Assembly: GCA_965178125.1 (NCBI GenBank)
Contig: OZ237736.1
Location: 682,001 to 746,000, forward strand
DNA length: 64,000 nucleotides
Source: Bilabrum cf. latius
Lineage: Eukaryota
Direction of reading: 5' to 3'
Both the position numbers and the translations under genes were made by a program. Positions 13,968 to 25,176 of this stretch are shown here, one piece after another (position 1 is the first letter of the stretch; each line of letters opens with the position of its first letter). Under the pieces are notes generated by a model, which ran no database searches, had not been told where the DNA came from, and saw only the letters and a list, made by a program, of their open reading frames with translations.

Positions 13968-15989
13968 GTTCGTGCCTCGCCATTAACGATGTCAATAGCA
14001 ATGGGATCGCGCCCGCCAACTGTGAATAGCATTGGTCGGTCATTATGCAAGGCCAGACAATCTGTCTTGGTTGTTGCTGGGGCTGGCATGTCTGTGGCAA
14101 GCGGCATCCCTGACTTTCGCTCGGAATCGGGTTTGTATCCCATGCTCAAGCAGGTGTATGGCATTTCGTAGCCGGAATCCGTGTTCGACTTGGACTACTT
14201 TCGTCGCGATCCTCGTGCATTCTTTGCCGTGGCTTCGGAGGTGTTGCCACGAGATGTGCGCCCTAGCCTCTCTCACTTTTTCCTGAGGCTGCTGCACGAG
14301 AAAGGGTTGCTGAGACGAGTATACACGCAAAACATTGACACTTTGGAGAGGATTGCTGGGGTGCCAGCCGAAATGCTGGTCGAGGCGCACGGAAGTTTTG
14401 CATCGGCAACTTGCACCGGGTGCAAGCAGACATTCGATTCAGATTTTGTCCGCGATGCGATGAAGCTAGGATAGCGTGCACCCGGATTTGGGAAGTCAGC
14501 ACATGGGCCTGACTCACTGGCAGGGACAAAGTTTGATGCTGCCTCTCGCTGGAACAGCAAGGTGGGGGCCGCACGGGTACCTCTTTGCCCATCGTGCGGG
14601 TCCGTCGTGAAGCCAGACATCACCTTCTTCGGCGAGGCAATGCCCTCGCGTTTTTTCGATTTGATTGAGGAGGACTGCAAGGCCGCGAGCCTCCTCATCG
14701 TGATCGGCACGAGCCTCAGGGTGTACCCCGTGGCTGACGTGCCCCTCCGAGTGCCTCCGGACACGCCGAGGCTGCTGCTCAACAAGGACCTCGTCCTCCG
14801 GCAGAAGCACACCGTTGCTGCACTGAGAGCAATGGCACCGGATGAACTGCACCATGAGTTGGCGCACCAGAGGGAAGTGGACCCGGACTCGGATGATTCA
14901 GACAGCGAGGAGGATGGTGAGGAGGAGGTCGAGAGTCGCAGTGCACCGATGGCAGGCCTCGCGTCCGACACCACTGCCAGCGATGGCCGCTCCTCCAAAG
15001 CACCCGCTGCTACCACTGGCCTCCCCAACCGGCATGGGCAGGGCCCGTCCGTGGGTGTATCATCGAGGGTGGAGGCGCTTCGCGGGGCTGAAGCAGGGGC
15101 CGGGGCGGGGGCTGCTGACCCAGCGGTGGACCGCTCGCCAGGCACTGCTATGGCGGCCAAAGGACACGGCACTGCCAGCCAAGGAGATGGTCCCAGTGGA
15201 CCACTGGCAGCAGCAGGAGGCAACCCTTTGCAAGGACTGTCCAGCCCCGGTGAGCTGCCTGCCTTTGACGAGCTGAGCCCGAGAGACAAGCTGCAGCTGA
15301 TCGGGCATCAGGGTGGCTTTCTCGTCGGCCATCCAGACAACAAAAGGGACGCGTTCTACCAGGGACAGTGCGATGAAGGTGTTGCGGCTTTGTGCGAGGC
15401 TGCGGGCTGGATGTAGGATCTGGTAGACACCGTGCGAGCGTGGAGTCGCCGTCGATCACGTTCGGCCGCGGCAAGCGGCGAGATGGCGGTGCCAGCGCCA
15501 CCAGGGCTGGGGAGTTCTAAGCCGGACGGTGGGGGAGGTGGAGATAGTTGCAAGCCGACTAGGGCTACTGAGGTATTCAGATCCATTCCAAAGCAGCTAC
15601 GCAGCATCGAACATACCTTGCCGAAACCGTCTTTCCAAGTGTTGCTTCGATCGTTCGCGCGAAGCCGTGAGGCAGCAGAGTTGGTCGATCTACCGGCCAT
15701 CGCTCCAGGTGCTAGTGCAGTAGGTAACGATAGCCGCTTAGGGGCTGGCTCAAGCGATCCAGCGTCAGCTTAGCACGATGTTGCTGAATCGGCCGGACGT
15801 GCCGCGACAAATACCGCCAGGCCGTCGCAGCATGCATCAGCAGCACAGGGAGGCCTTGGCACCATTCGCGAGTTGCTGGAGCGAGGTGCGGCAGCACCAC
15901 CGTCAGCAAAGGCAGCGGTAGCGATCAGACTGCAAGGTGTTGGGTTAGATATCCTCGCACAAGCCGAGAGGGACCTGGAGGGATGGTAA
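13968..15989 (+). CDS. Host class I sirtuin (Sir2-family NAD-dependent deacylase); 5' exon(s) not resolved
   Basis: [43 protein letters not shown]...[27 protein letters not shown] in one frame interrupted only by TAG (14169, 14472, 15414, 15771); ends TAA 15987-15989. Confidence 0.85.
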
Positions 15990-16205
15990 CTAATACTTGG
16001 CATGCAGTGGGCCCTGAGAAGCAAGTTGAAGGCCGTAGCCTCCCGCGTCGTGTGCGAGGGCCCGACAAGCATCACAGTGCAACAGCAAGGTACATGAACG
16101 AATGCGTACGGTTCTGGCAAAAATATTGGCATATTCGCGTTCAAGCATCGTTCTCGATGAGGGTGGGGGGATGGTAGCGCTTCCAAGCACCTGTCGCTGC
16201 TTCCA

Positions 16206-18203
16206 TCAGGTGCCCATTCCAGCAGAGCTTGCGAGGGCAGACGTCGTTGGTGCGCCTGCTTCCCATCTGTGGCGCTTAGAAGCGGGCTCGGAACCGTTGC
16301 TACTCCCATCTTCTTGGTGCAGATCACTCATCGTGATCGCCCCCTCGTTGGCGAGCTGGGAGTAGTACAGCGGAGACCTCTCTCGAATGCGCTGGCGGCT
16401 CCCAGAATCGAGACTGTCAGAATCAACGCCTCCATCTGAAGCTGCAGGATGTACATGCGTGGAGTTTGTAGCATCGGATTGCTCGAAGCCGTCAGTGCTT
16501 GTATCTAAACGAGCAGGTTGAGCCACCCCGTCAGCGCATGCTGGACTGCCGGGTAGCACAGCAAGGCGCCAAGCCTAGTCGCGTTCAGGCGCAATGCTTA
16601 CACTGCGCACATCTTGTTCGTGTGTTACAACAATTGGCGAGCTGTCAGCTGTGTCCGCACTGCCGCTGCTCGCGAAACCACCCACGGAAATCCCAGACAT
16701 GGTGGTACAAGTTGTAGAGTCGCGACTGGTTGATCCAATGACCACCACACCATGCTGGTCAGAAGCAACACGCTGCGCTCGAAGTGTAGACAAGCGTCCG
16801 GGGTATAACCTGAAGCTGGACGCAGTAGTGCGGCGTTCAGCGGGCTACGAGACATGTTGAGCTGGAATGCGCAAAGGTGCGGACAGCTATTCGTCGCGCG
16901 CAGTGCTCGATGCAGCGTCGAGTCTACGAACTTCACAGAACGCAACACGATCTGTGTGCTAAAGTTGCACCTCCGATCCTGGTGCCAGCTCGCTTGCGGC
17001 ATCCTGGCCGAGAGAAGAACCGCCAGTTACGGCTGACAGACCGCTGGCAGCGCCATCGCGTGGCTACTGGTCATTTTGATCTCCAAGTTGCGATCCCGGT
17101 GGACTTGCACCGCCTATTCCCGTGTGAATTGATGGAGATAGCCTGGTATCCCAATCGTCGCCACTGGTGTGCACCATGCCGTCGAGCAGCTCAGACATCG
17201 TGGGACTCATGCTAGACCACAAAGCCTGCTCACCGTCATTACAAGGTTGAGACTGCACGTCACAGCCCCCCATTTTAAAGCTGCTCTAGTACTGTATTGC
17301 TTTCGCCTGCATGTTGGCTTCTTGTAAAGTGTCCAGACTCCCCACTGCTGCACCAGTGCTCGGTTCGACCTAAAGCCGCACCACCGGAACTGTTTTGCCA
17401 TTGCTCGGCGGAGTTAAGCGTTTTTGAGTACCTGTAGTAATCATGCCATCACTCTCTATTGCAAGATCGCTTGGAAGATCAAGTAGAATCGGAGGAATCG
17501 AGCTACGATCTCCAGCTAGGATCTTCTCGCCGAGCCATTTTGTGTATTGGTTCAGGCTGGACCCGAGTTTATCCTCAATTTCACGGGCCACTGGAGGAAA
17601 CCAAGGCTTACCGTGAAACTTGCTGCGGAGCAACGCTTTCTGTCTCTTCTTGAGATCCCTGCGAATTTCTGCTCGGCGCTGCTGTTCGCTCGAGGTCCCG
17701 CGGGATGCGATACTCGCTGATACGAATGACTTCAGATCCGAGATGTATGCTGGGCCTTTTTCATGCAGCATTATTTCTTCAAGCCACCGCTAAACGTGAA
17801 AACCGCGTTCAGCCCGGTCGATTCGGCCGATTAGCCGCCTAGATTTCGGCAGAATGACGGGACTCGATGCAACATTTTCCACCTTGGCAGCTGCTTCGGA
17901 ACTGATTTCAAGATCAGAAATATCCATCGATAGAGTAGCTATGGGAAAAGAAGACTGGATCTGCGGGAGAATGCCCCGGGCTAGCGAGAGGCCTTTGCGC
18001 GGTAAAGAATGTAAATCAAGAGCCTGGGAGAAGTAACGTTCTGTTATAACCGCTGACGTCGTATACGGTACGTACGATCCCGTTGGAGTACGGAGGTGAA
18101 GGGCAACCCCAAGAAGTACCTTTGGTTTGTACAAATGGATAAAAATGTCTGTGGCCGGAATGTTGAGACGCAGTTCGACAGGCTGATCGACCGGTGCTGA
18201 CAT
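16206..18203 (-). CDS. Host tandem-family protein, paralogue B
   Basis: Fragments 16206, 16575, 17064, 17370, 17790 are co-frame and separated only by TAG; ends TGA. Contains HV(Q)RWLEEI..KGPAYI..HGKPWFPP..NQYTKWLGEKILAGDRSSIPPILL. Confidence 0.65.
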
Positions 18204-18567
18204 CTACCCGCCGCCCGCATCCCCCCTCGCCCAGCCCTAGCTGCCGTTCCTGCTCCTACCTCGAGCGAACAGTCCTCCGCTTTGCCGTGTCGCATCTAAT
18301 CCTGCACCTCGAGCGGGTACTGCGCCCAACGCGCGACCTCAATTTCAGAGACCTCATTGGCCTCACGAGTCGCACATTCGTAGCAAAGCGCTACGAACCC
18401 ATGCCGGCCGCCAGCCGAGACAACCGTCTATCATGCTTTGGGGCACTTTCAATCAAGAGTACTGCTACTATCGTTTACATGTCTACCGATGCAGTCCATG
18501 CATAGGTTCGAGTCGCTCGCTGGTGCTCGGCGCAACCTCTACCACTGGCCTGACCTCCACAGACTCA

Positions 18568-18860
18568 TCTCACACACCACATACCAGGGGGACCTCCAAT
18601 TTGGAGGTCCCCCTGGTATGTGGTGTGTGAGAGTAGGGTATTTTTTATGTACATTTTTCTTTTGTTATAAGTAATTCTTTCCATAAAACGGGTAGAGGGT
18701 GGAAATTTAAGTTGCTGAAAAATCATTTTTTTTGCAGGTGAAATTTTCAACTGCCAAAAATTACGCACTGAGTTACACTGCTACGTTTCACATCTCGGGT
18801 TCTATTCCTCTTGCAGAGGAGAGAAATTTGGGGGTCTCCATATTATTCTGCGGGGTCCCC
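18568..18860 (+). repeat. Left terminal inverted repeat (293 bp), outer 65 bp palindromic
   Basis: Reverse complement of 46405-46697; extends ~8 bp further with a 1-nt indel. 18568-18599 and 18601-18632 are 32-bp perfect inverted arms. Confidence 0.95.
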
Positions 18861-18923
18861 CACGCGGGGGATGTTCAAAAATTCATTTAATATTGCATTG
18901 AGAAATCACAGGGATTCTCATTT

Positions 18924-19589
18924 TCATTTTCCATTTTTCACTTTCATTGATTTTAATTTAATTCGCTGTTTCAACGCAGGTGCTGGTTCAGGTGCTGGTG
19001 CTGGTTCAGGTGCTGGTGCTGGTGCTGGTGCTGGTTCAGGTGCTGGTTCAGGTGCTGGTTCAGGTTCTGGTGCTGGTGCCGATCCAGATTCAGATGCTGG
19101 TGCTCCTTCACTATCTACGGTGCCTAGCATTCGTGGTTTAGAAGCATAAGGCTATGCAAAACTATGCAAGTGTTTCATAATGCTCAGCATTTCCGAACGC
19201 TACTTCTTATCCTCCTTCTGCATCTACACCATTGCATCATACTATTTCTATTGCATCTACATCATTGCAAACATCAGTTGCGTTACCTAATTAGGTTCTT
19301 GTGGTGCTGGTGCTGGTGCTGGTGCTGGTGCTGGTGCTGGTGCTGGTGCTGGTGCTTGATCAGGTTCTGCAGTTCCACCAGATTCACAAAGTGGTGATGT
19401 GCCTTCCGGCTACTTCACCACCGCATGAAATGCTCTGATTATGCTATCCGATTTCTTCCCCTCATGCCACCAATCCGTGCCAATATTGGTTTGCATCCAT
19501 TTCTTCATATCATACTCCGAAACAAGTGATTTGTAACCTTTTCCAAAGTGTTTTTGTAAATATTCTCGTGCTTTCTGTGGGTATCTCAT
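18924..19589 (-). CDS. Virophage protein of unknown function (N-terminal domain paralogous to the N-terminus of the methyltransferase fusion; Pro-Ala repeats; Gln-rich coiled coil)
   Basis: MRYPQKAREYLQKHFG..WMQTNIGTDWW; frame contains several TAG (MM*MQ*K*YDAMV*MQK) but no TAA/TGA until TGA 18924. Confidence 0.75.
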
Positions 19590-19702
19590 ACTGATATCCT
19601 CTCCCTTACATGCGCACACGAAATAGGTTCAGGGGAATTCATTTTGTTACCTAAAAGGTTCTGTATACATCTTACTGCCCAATCAAAAAAAAAGTTATTT
19701 GG

Positions 19703-19941
19703 ATGTTGTTCAGAAAAATCTCATGTTGTTCAAAATACTCGGTTTCATAAAAATTTTCAGAACTCAGCCAACTGAAAAAAATATTGATTTTCAATTTTTT
19801 TCTAAGAATGAAAAAATCTCATTTCCTTTGTTTTGAACAACATCCCTACCTTTTCCGACAACAAAACCTTTATTTTGAACAACATTTTGAACAACATAAT
19901 TATTCGTAACCAATTATTTTGAACAACATTTTGAACAACAA
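19703..19941. repeat. Cluster of TGAACAACA iterons in an AT-rich divergent intergenic region
   Basis: Two reverse copies (~19703, ~19723) and five forward copies (~19834, 19876, 19888, 19920, 19932). Confidence 0.7.
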
Positions 19942-20024
19942 CAAATAAATTGATTAATGCAGTTACTGATATCTTATTTATATTAGATTATAGGATTTTT
20001 AAAAAATCCTATAATCTAATATAA

Positions 20025-20648
20025 ATGAATTCGAATTTTAATACATGTCCTTGTTGCCAAAAACCGGTCTCAAATGAAGATCTAATTATTCAACCAGATG
20101 GTACTCACTTTTGGTATAAGAATGGTCAAATACACAGAGATGGTGATCTACCTGCAGTAGTTGGTATGAAGGGTAACTACTGGTACAAGAATGGTAAAAT
20201 ACACAGAGATGGTGATCAGCCCGCAGAAATTACATTAAATGTACGCGGATACTACAAGAATGGTCAATTACACAGAGATGGCGATCAGCCCGCGTACATG
20301 TACAATTCAGAAAATAGAAAATATTGGTATAAGAATGGCGTATTGCACAGAGATGGTGATAAACCCGCAATAATTGAAATAGATGGAGATACAAAATGGT
20401 ACAAGAATGGCAAATTACATAGAGATGGTGATAAATACGCAGTAATTAATGAATATGGAAATGAATGGTACAAGAATGGCGAATTGCACAGAGATGGTGA
20501 TAAACCCGCAATAATTGAAATAGATGGAGATACAAAATGGTACAAAAATGGTAAATTACACAGAGATGATGATAAACCCGCAGTAATTGAAGCATATGGA
20601 CGAAATGAATGGTACAAAAATGGTGTACAATACCATCCATCCATTTAA
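20025..20648 (+). CDS. Virophage repeat protein (WYKNGxLHRDGDxPA, MORN-like beta-hairpin repeats)
   Basis: About seven repeats of WYKNGKLHRDGDKPAII; N-terminal CPCC; ends TAA. Confidence 0.8.
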   Translation: MNSNFNTCPCCQKPVSNEDLIIQPDGTHFWYKNGQIHRDGDLPAVVGMKGNYWYKNGKIHRDGDQPAEITLNVRGYYKNGQLHRDGDQPAYMYNSENRKYWYKNGVLHRDGDKPAIIEIDGDTKWYKNGKLHRDGDKYAVINEYGNEWYKNGELHRDGDKPAIIEIDGDTKWYKNGKLHRDDDKPAVIEAYGRNEWYKNGVQYHPSI

Positions 20649-20733
20649 ACTAGATTGCTTTATAAAAGCTTGGAGCGGAAAAATGAACCGCGTTCACCCT
20701 ATTTCTCGCAGGTATAGGAGGGGGAGTATCACA

Positions 20734-23700
20734 ATGATATACCCTACTAAAGCACATGAATACCTATCAACACACTTTGGAACTGATTACAAAACATTAG
20801 TTTCAGAGGCTACTATAAAGCAGTGGATGCGAACACATATTGGTGCAGATTGGTGGCTTGATTACTTGAAAGCAGATAGCATTATAAAAGCGTATCATGC
20901 GGTGTTGAAGAAGCCTACAAGCTCTTTAACACTAGATGAACCCAAAACTGCTGCTACTGGTGGAGGTGCAAACCCCAAGCCCAGAGTGCAGCTTCGAGCC
21001 AAGCCCAGAGTGCAGATTCGAGCCAAACCCAAACTGCAGCTTCGAACCAAGCCCAGAGTGCAGCTTCGAGCCAAACCCAAATTGCCAGCAGTTTCACTCA
21101 AAAAGATTACAGATAAATCTATAATGCCATAGTATATGAGTTATCTTACAAGCGTTTGCGATAATAATTTAAACAAAATAATCAAAAGTACACCAACATT
21201 AAGGGTTGGAACTGATTGTAGCGGCATCGATGCACCAATCCATGCTTTGAAAATTATGAATGTGCCTTTTCAATACGAATTTGCCTCAGATATTGATGTA
21301 TCAGCTAAGGCTAGTATCAAAGGCAATCATCAACCACGCATGTTCTTTGATGATATTACAACTCGTGATCACACTCTATTACCCAAACTGGATTTGTACT
21401 GTGCTGGATTCCCTTGCCAATCATTCTCAACTTTGGGGAAACGCCAAGGATTCCATGATAGTAAAAACAGAGGCACAGTGTTTTTTCACTGTTACGAAAC
21501 CATAAAACAAACTCAACCACAAATGTTTATTCTAGAAAACGTTAAAGGACTGTTAAGCCATGATAAAGGCAAAACTTTTAAAACAATCATGGATCATCTT
21601 TCAGCATTGAAAGGTTACTATATTCATCACTAGGTTTACAATACGAAATCTTACGGATTGCCACAATCCAGAGATCGCGTTTACATCGTGGGCACTAAAG
21701 GATCGTTTGTTCCACCTAAACCCATTGCTCTACCAATTGGTATCAAAGGATTACTCGAAAAAGGTATCAATGATCCCTACTATTTCAAAACCACCGCTCA
21801 CAAGGAACAATTGATAAAGGATTGTATATCCAATGGCAAAATTGATGATCCCAAGAACGATTGGGTTATGAATTTAAATGTATCATCGTACAAAAGAACT
21901 GGAGCAAAGCTGGGAATATCTCCCTGTTTACTTGCAGGTAGTGGTGGCAACTGCACATTTTTTATCACATCACTCATGCGCAAACTAACACCTGTAGAAT
22001 ACCTAAGATTGCAGGGATTTCCTCCAGATTTTAAGATTTGTGTTAGCAGAGCACAAACATACAAACAGGCAGGTAACGCCATGTCTGTAAATGTTGTGTG
22101 CTTTATAATGAAACAATTGCTAATGGGGCTTGGTGCGAAACCCAAGATCAAGATCAACCCCAAAACCAAAATCTCACTCAAAAAGAAAAAAGGTAAATCT
22201 ATAATGAGCTCCGCAAAATCGAAACCTAAAGAAATACTAGTTAAACCTATAATAACCGATCAAACCGCACAGAAAATGGTTGGTGAATTTGTTAATGCAG
22301 ATCACTACCAGCAGGTAATTGATCATGATTGTGATTGCTACTACTATGATAAATCTGGCAAGCGCCGTGCTTTGTTTTACTTTCGCCGCAAGGTAATCCC
22401 CCAAGCGCATCTGGATACAGCACTAGATAGTTTAAAAACAGAAGCCAAAAGTGCCTCCAATACACGATCCATTGCTGGTGGCGGAATTGGCAAAGGCAAA
22501 GTACACAGCATGATTGTTGGCTACTACGATAAACCCCGAATCAGAGATAAACGAGAAATCTTAGCCAAGAAACTCGTACCCTGCAGAACTACCAGTTATA
22601 CCAGCAAACACCAATCCAAATGGAACAACTTAAAACCATTAATTAATTAGGTTGATAAGGCATACAGCGAGTTCGAACCAGAACGCCATCACGAACAGCA
22701 CGGCATGGCTAAAAAAACTCCCGATTACCAAATCAACGATACTGCATTTTCTACCATCACCGTAAATTACAACTGGCGAACCGCTTGTCACAAGGATTCA
22801 GGTGATTATCACAATGGATACAGTGCTGTAGTAGTTGCCGAGGATGGCAAGAATTCTTACAAGGGCGGATACCTGGGTTTTCCTAAGTTCGGCGTTTGTG
22901 TTGATGTTCGCCACGGCGATTTTATCTTAATAGATCCTCACCAGTTGCACTGTAATACAGAAATAGTGCCAGATGGATCAGATTGGTGCAGATTATCAAT
23001 GGTTTACTACTACCGAGAAAACATGCAAAAATGTACCCAATCCAAACCTTCTTGTGAAGCCGCCTCACAAGAATTAATTGATGTAGTTTTACCCAAACGA
23101 AAACTCGATCTTAAACTCTGGGTTCGCCCCAAAACCACAGATCTTACTGTAATTGGTGAAGTGCTTACCAGGAATTCTTACGATAAACCCAAAGTTAGTT
23201 TCAAAGTGGGATCTACACCCAAGGAGCGATGGCTAGATCTTGGTGCCAATATCGGCACATTCGCCTTACTTGCCTTATCGCGGGGGTGCTCTGTAACCTG
23301 CTATGAACCTGAACGGGATAACCTTGAAATACTACAAAAAAACCTGGAACTCAACTTTCCTAAACCTAGGGGTGGATGGAAAATTGTTGAATCAGGGGTT
23401 TCTACAAAACCCACTGGAACTCAAAAACTCTACCTGTGCAAAGGAGATTACAACAAATACAGGCATACCTTGCATCCCGTAAGAGGGCGTACAACTGTTG
23501 ATATCCCTGTAGAAAATATTTTTGAGGCTTTGGAACGGGCTGATTGCAACTGCATTAAAATGGATATCGAGGGTGCTGAAATCGAGATCCTCGAAACACT
23601 TAAACCAACAACTTACCAACGCCATGGCATCCAAAAACTGGTGTTAGAATATAGTTTTGATGTAGATAGGAGCATCCCCCGATTTCTACGCATCATCGAA

Positions 23701-23805
23701 ACCTTAAAACAAGCCTTTAAAACCGTGTTTTACACCAAAGTAAAGCCAGATCAGGCTACCTATGATTACTTTCCAGCAGCCTGTATGGTATACTGCCAGA
23801 ATTAA
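20734..23805 (+). CDS. Fusion: N-terminal domain + C5-cytosine DNA methyltransferase + TET/JBP-like 2OG-Fe(II) dioxygenase + FkbM-family methyltransferase (~1023 aa; in-frame ATGs also at 20683, 21124, 22204)
   Basis: One frame, TAG only at 21130, 21631, 22648, ends TAA. DNMT motifs TDCSGI, GFPCQSFS, ILENVKGL, GLPQSRDRVY, RKLTPVEYLRLQGFP, YKQAGNAMSVNV. Dioxygenase FSTITVNYNWRTACHKDSGD..HQLHCNT..RLSMVYYYR. FkbM WLDLGANIGTF..CYEP..IKMDIEGAE. Confidence 0.85.
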
Positions 23806-23915
23806 ATCCCATGAAAATTAAAATATTAGTGAAATGCCTAGGCATCTACTCAGAGAAATACATATTTTACTTTTAATCCGTATCAACTTAGTACGGGATT
23901 AAAAGGAAAATTACA

Positions 23916-25127
23916 TTACTTTTTCCACGTAAAAGACCATTTCTTTGTACGTGGGTTCTCTTTCCAAACTACATTATGCTTCTTTTCAAATGCCTAAACC
24001 AGTTTGGGCACATCTTCGATCATGTTTTCATAGCTGTTCCACTCTGGAACCTTGTATCCAACCCATCGAACCACAAATCCACGCTCCCCATTAACCACAC
24101 TAGGGCGCACAATACTCGAAATAATATACTAATCTGGCAAAGAAATTGGATTTTCAACCTCACCCACCTTCTGCAATTCCTCTGTAAAATATCTGGTTGG
24201 CAAACCTTCTACCTGATACGACCACGGGCTCCACGGCATACGCGGTTTTAACACCTATCGTACTGTATACACATCCTTAGACCAGTTTTCACCCCTTTTC
24301 TCATTAGATCCCCATCGCAATCGAACCCTTACTTGATCGCCCACTTTGAACCGCTACTCATTGGCACGTTCACCTGCATTTTTCTTTATTCTTTTTCTAA
24401 CTGCATCCACCCCAGAACTCTGTTTGTTCTCCAGATACTCCCTCTCTAAATTATCTGGCGATTGCTTGGTTGTATTTTGTGGCGTTTGATTGTATACCCT
24501 CAAATAGGCTGCCAAACTATTATCCCAGTTATTCACACCCGAATCCAAACGATCTGCCTTAATCATTCTCTTAATTGTTCCATTAAATCGCTCAACCAAA
24601 CCATTTGTTTGCGGCTTACCCGCTGTACTCAAGATCTATTTAATTTTCTTGCTTTTCAAAAACGCTTTGAATGCCCGATTAACAAACTCACTGCCATTAT
24701 CACTCTACAACACACTGGGTGGCTGGGGCATCTACTCTAAGATTTGTTTCAAAGCATTCAATACGGTTTGCTCTCGCTTATCGGGCATAGCAACTGCGTA
24801 AGCTTTCTTACTAAAACCATCAATGGCTGTAAGCAACCATTTCATGCCTCGTGGGGTTTCCGATGAACTCAAATCCACCAAATCTATTTGCAACTTTTTA
24901 AAAGGAGCACTAATTACCTAGCGTTTAATTGAACGAACTTTCTTGGTTGGTTTTAGCATCTACCATGTTTCTTGCCGTTGAAGAAAATCTCTAACCACAC
25001 GCCGTGGCAAATCAATGCCGTTTAACACTGCCAATTTGTATAAACGCTCCTCTCCAACAAAGGCTTTTGAACCATAATATAACTCTTTCAACTTCTATAA
25101 TTCACGTTGCTGATGCTTTGTATCCAT
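23916..25127 (-). CDS. Retroviral-type (rve) DDE integrase with C-terminal chromodomain-like region, 403 aa
   Basis: LQIDLVD, LLTAIDGFSKKAYA, VL(TAG)SDNGSEF, QTNGLVERFNGTIK, FKVGDQVR, FVVRWVGY..EWNSYENM; about ten in-frame TAG; ends TAA 23916. Confidence 0.9.
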
Positions 25128-25176
25128 TTATTGATATAATAAACCACATAAAATATTCTTATCTAATCTAGTATAT

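Noticed and set aside
18565-18768. ORFs within the TIRs (also 46497-46712)
   Set aside because: They are mirror translations of non-coding terminal repeats and run across the element boundary.
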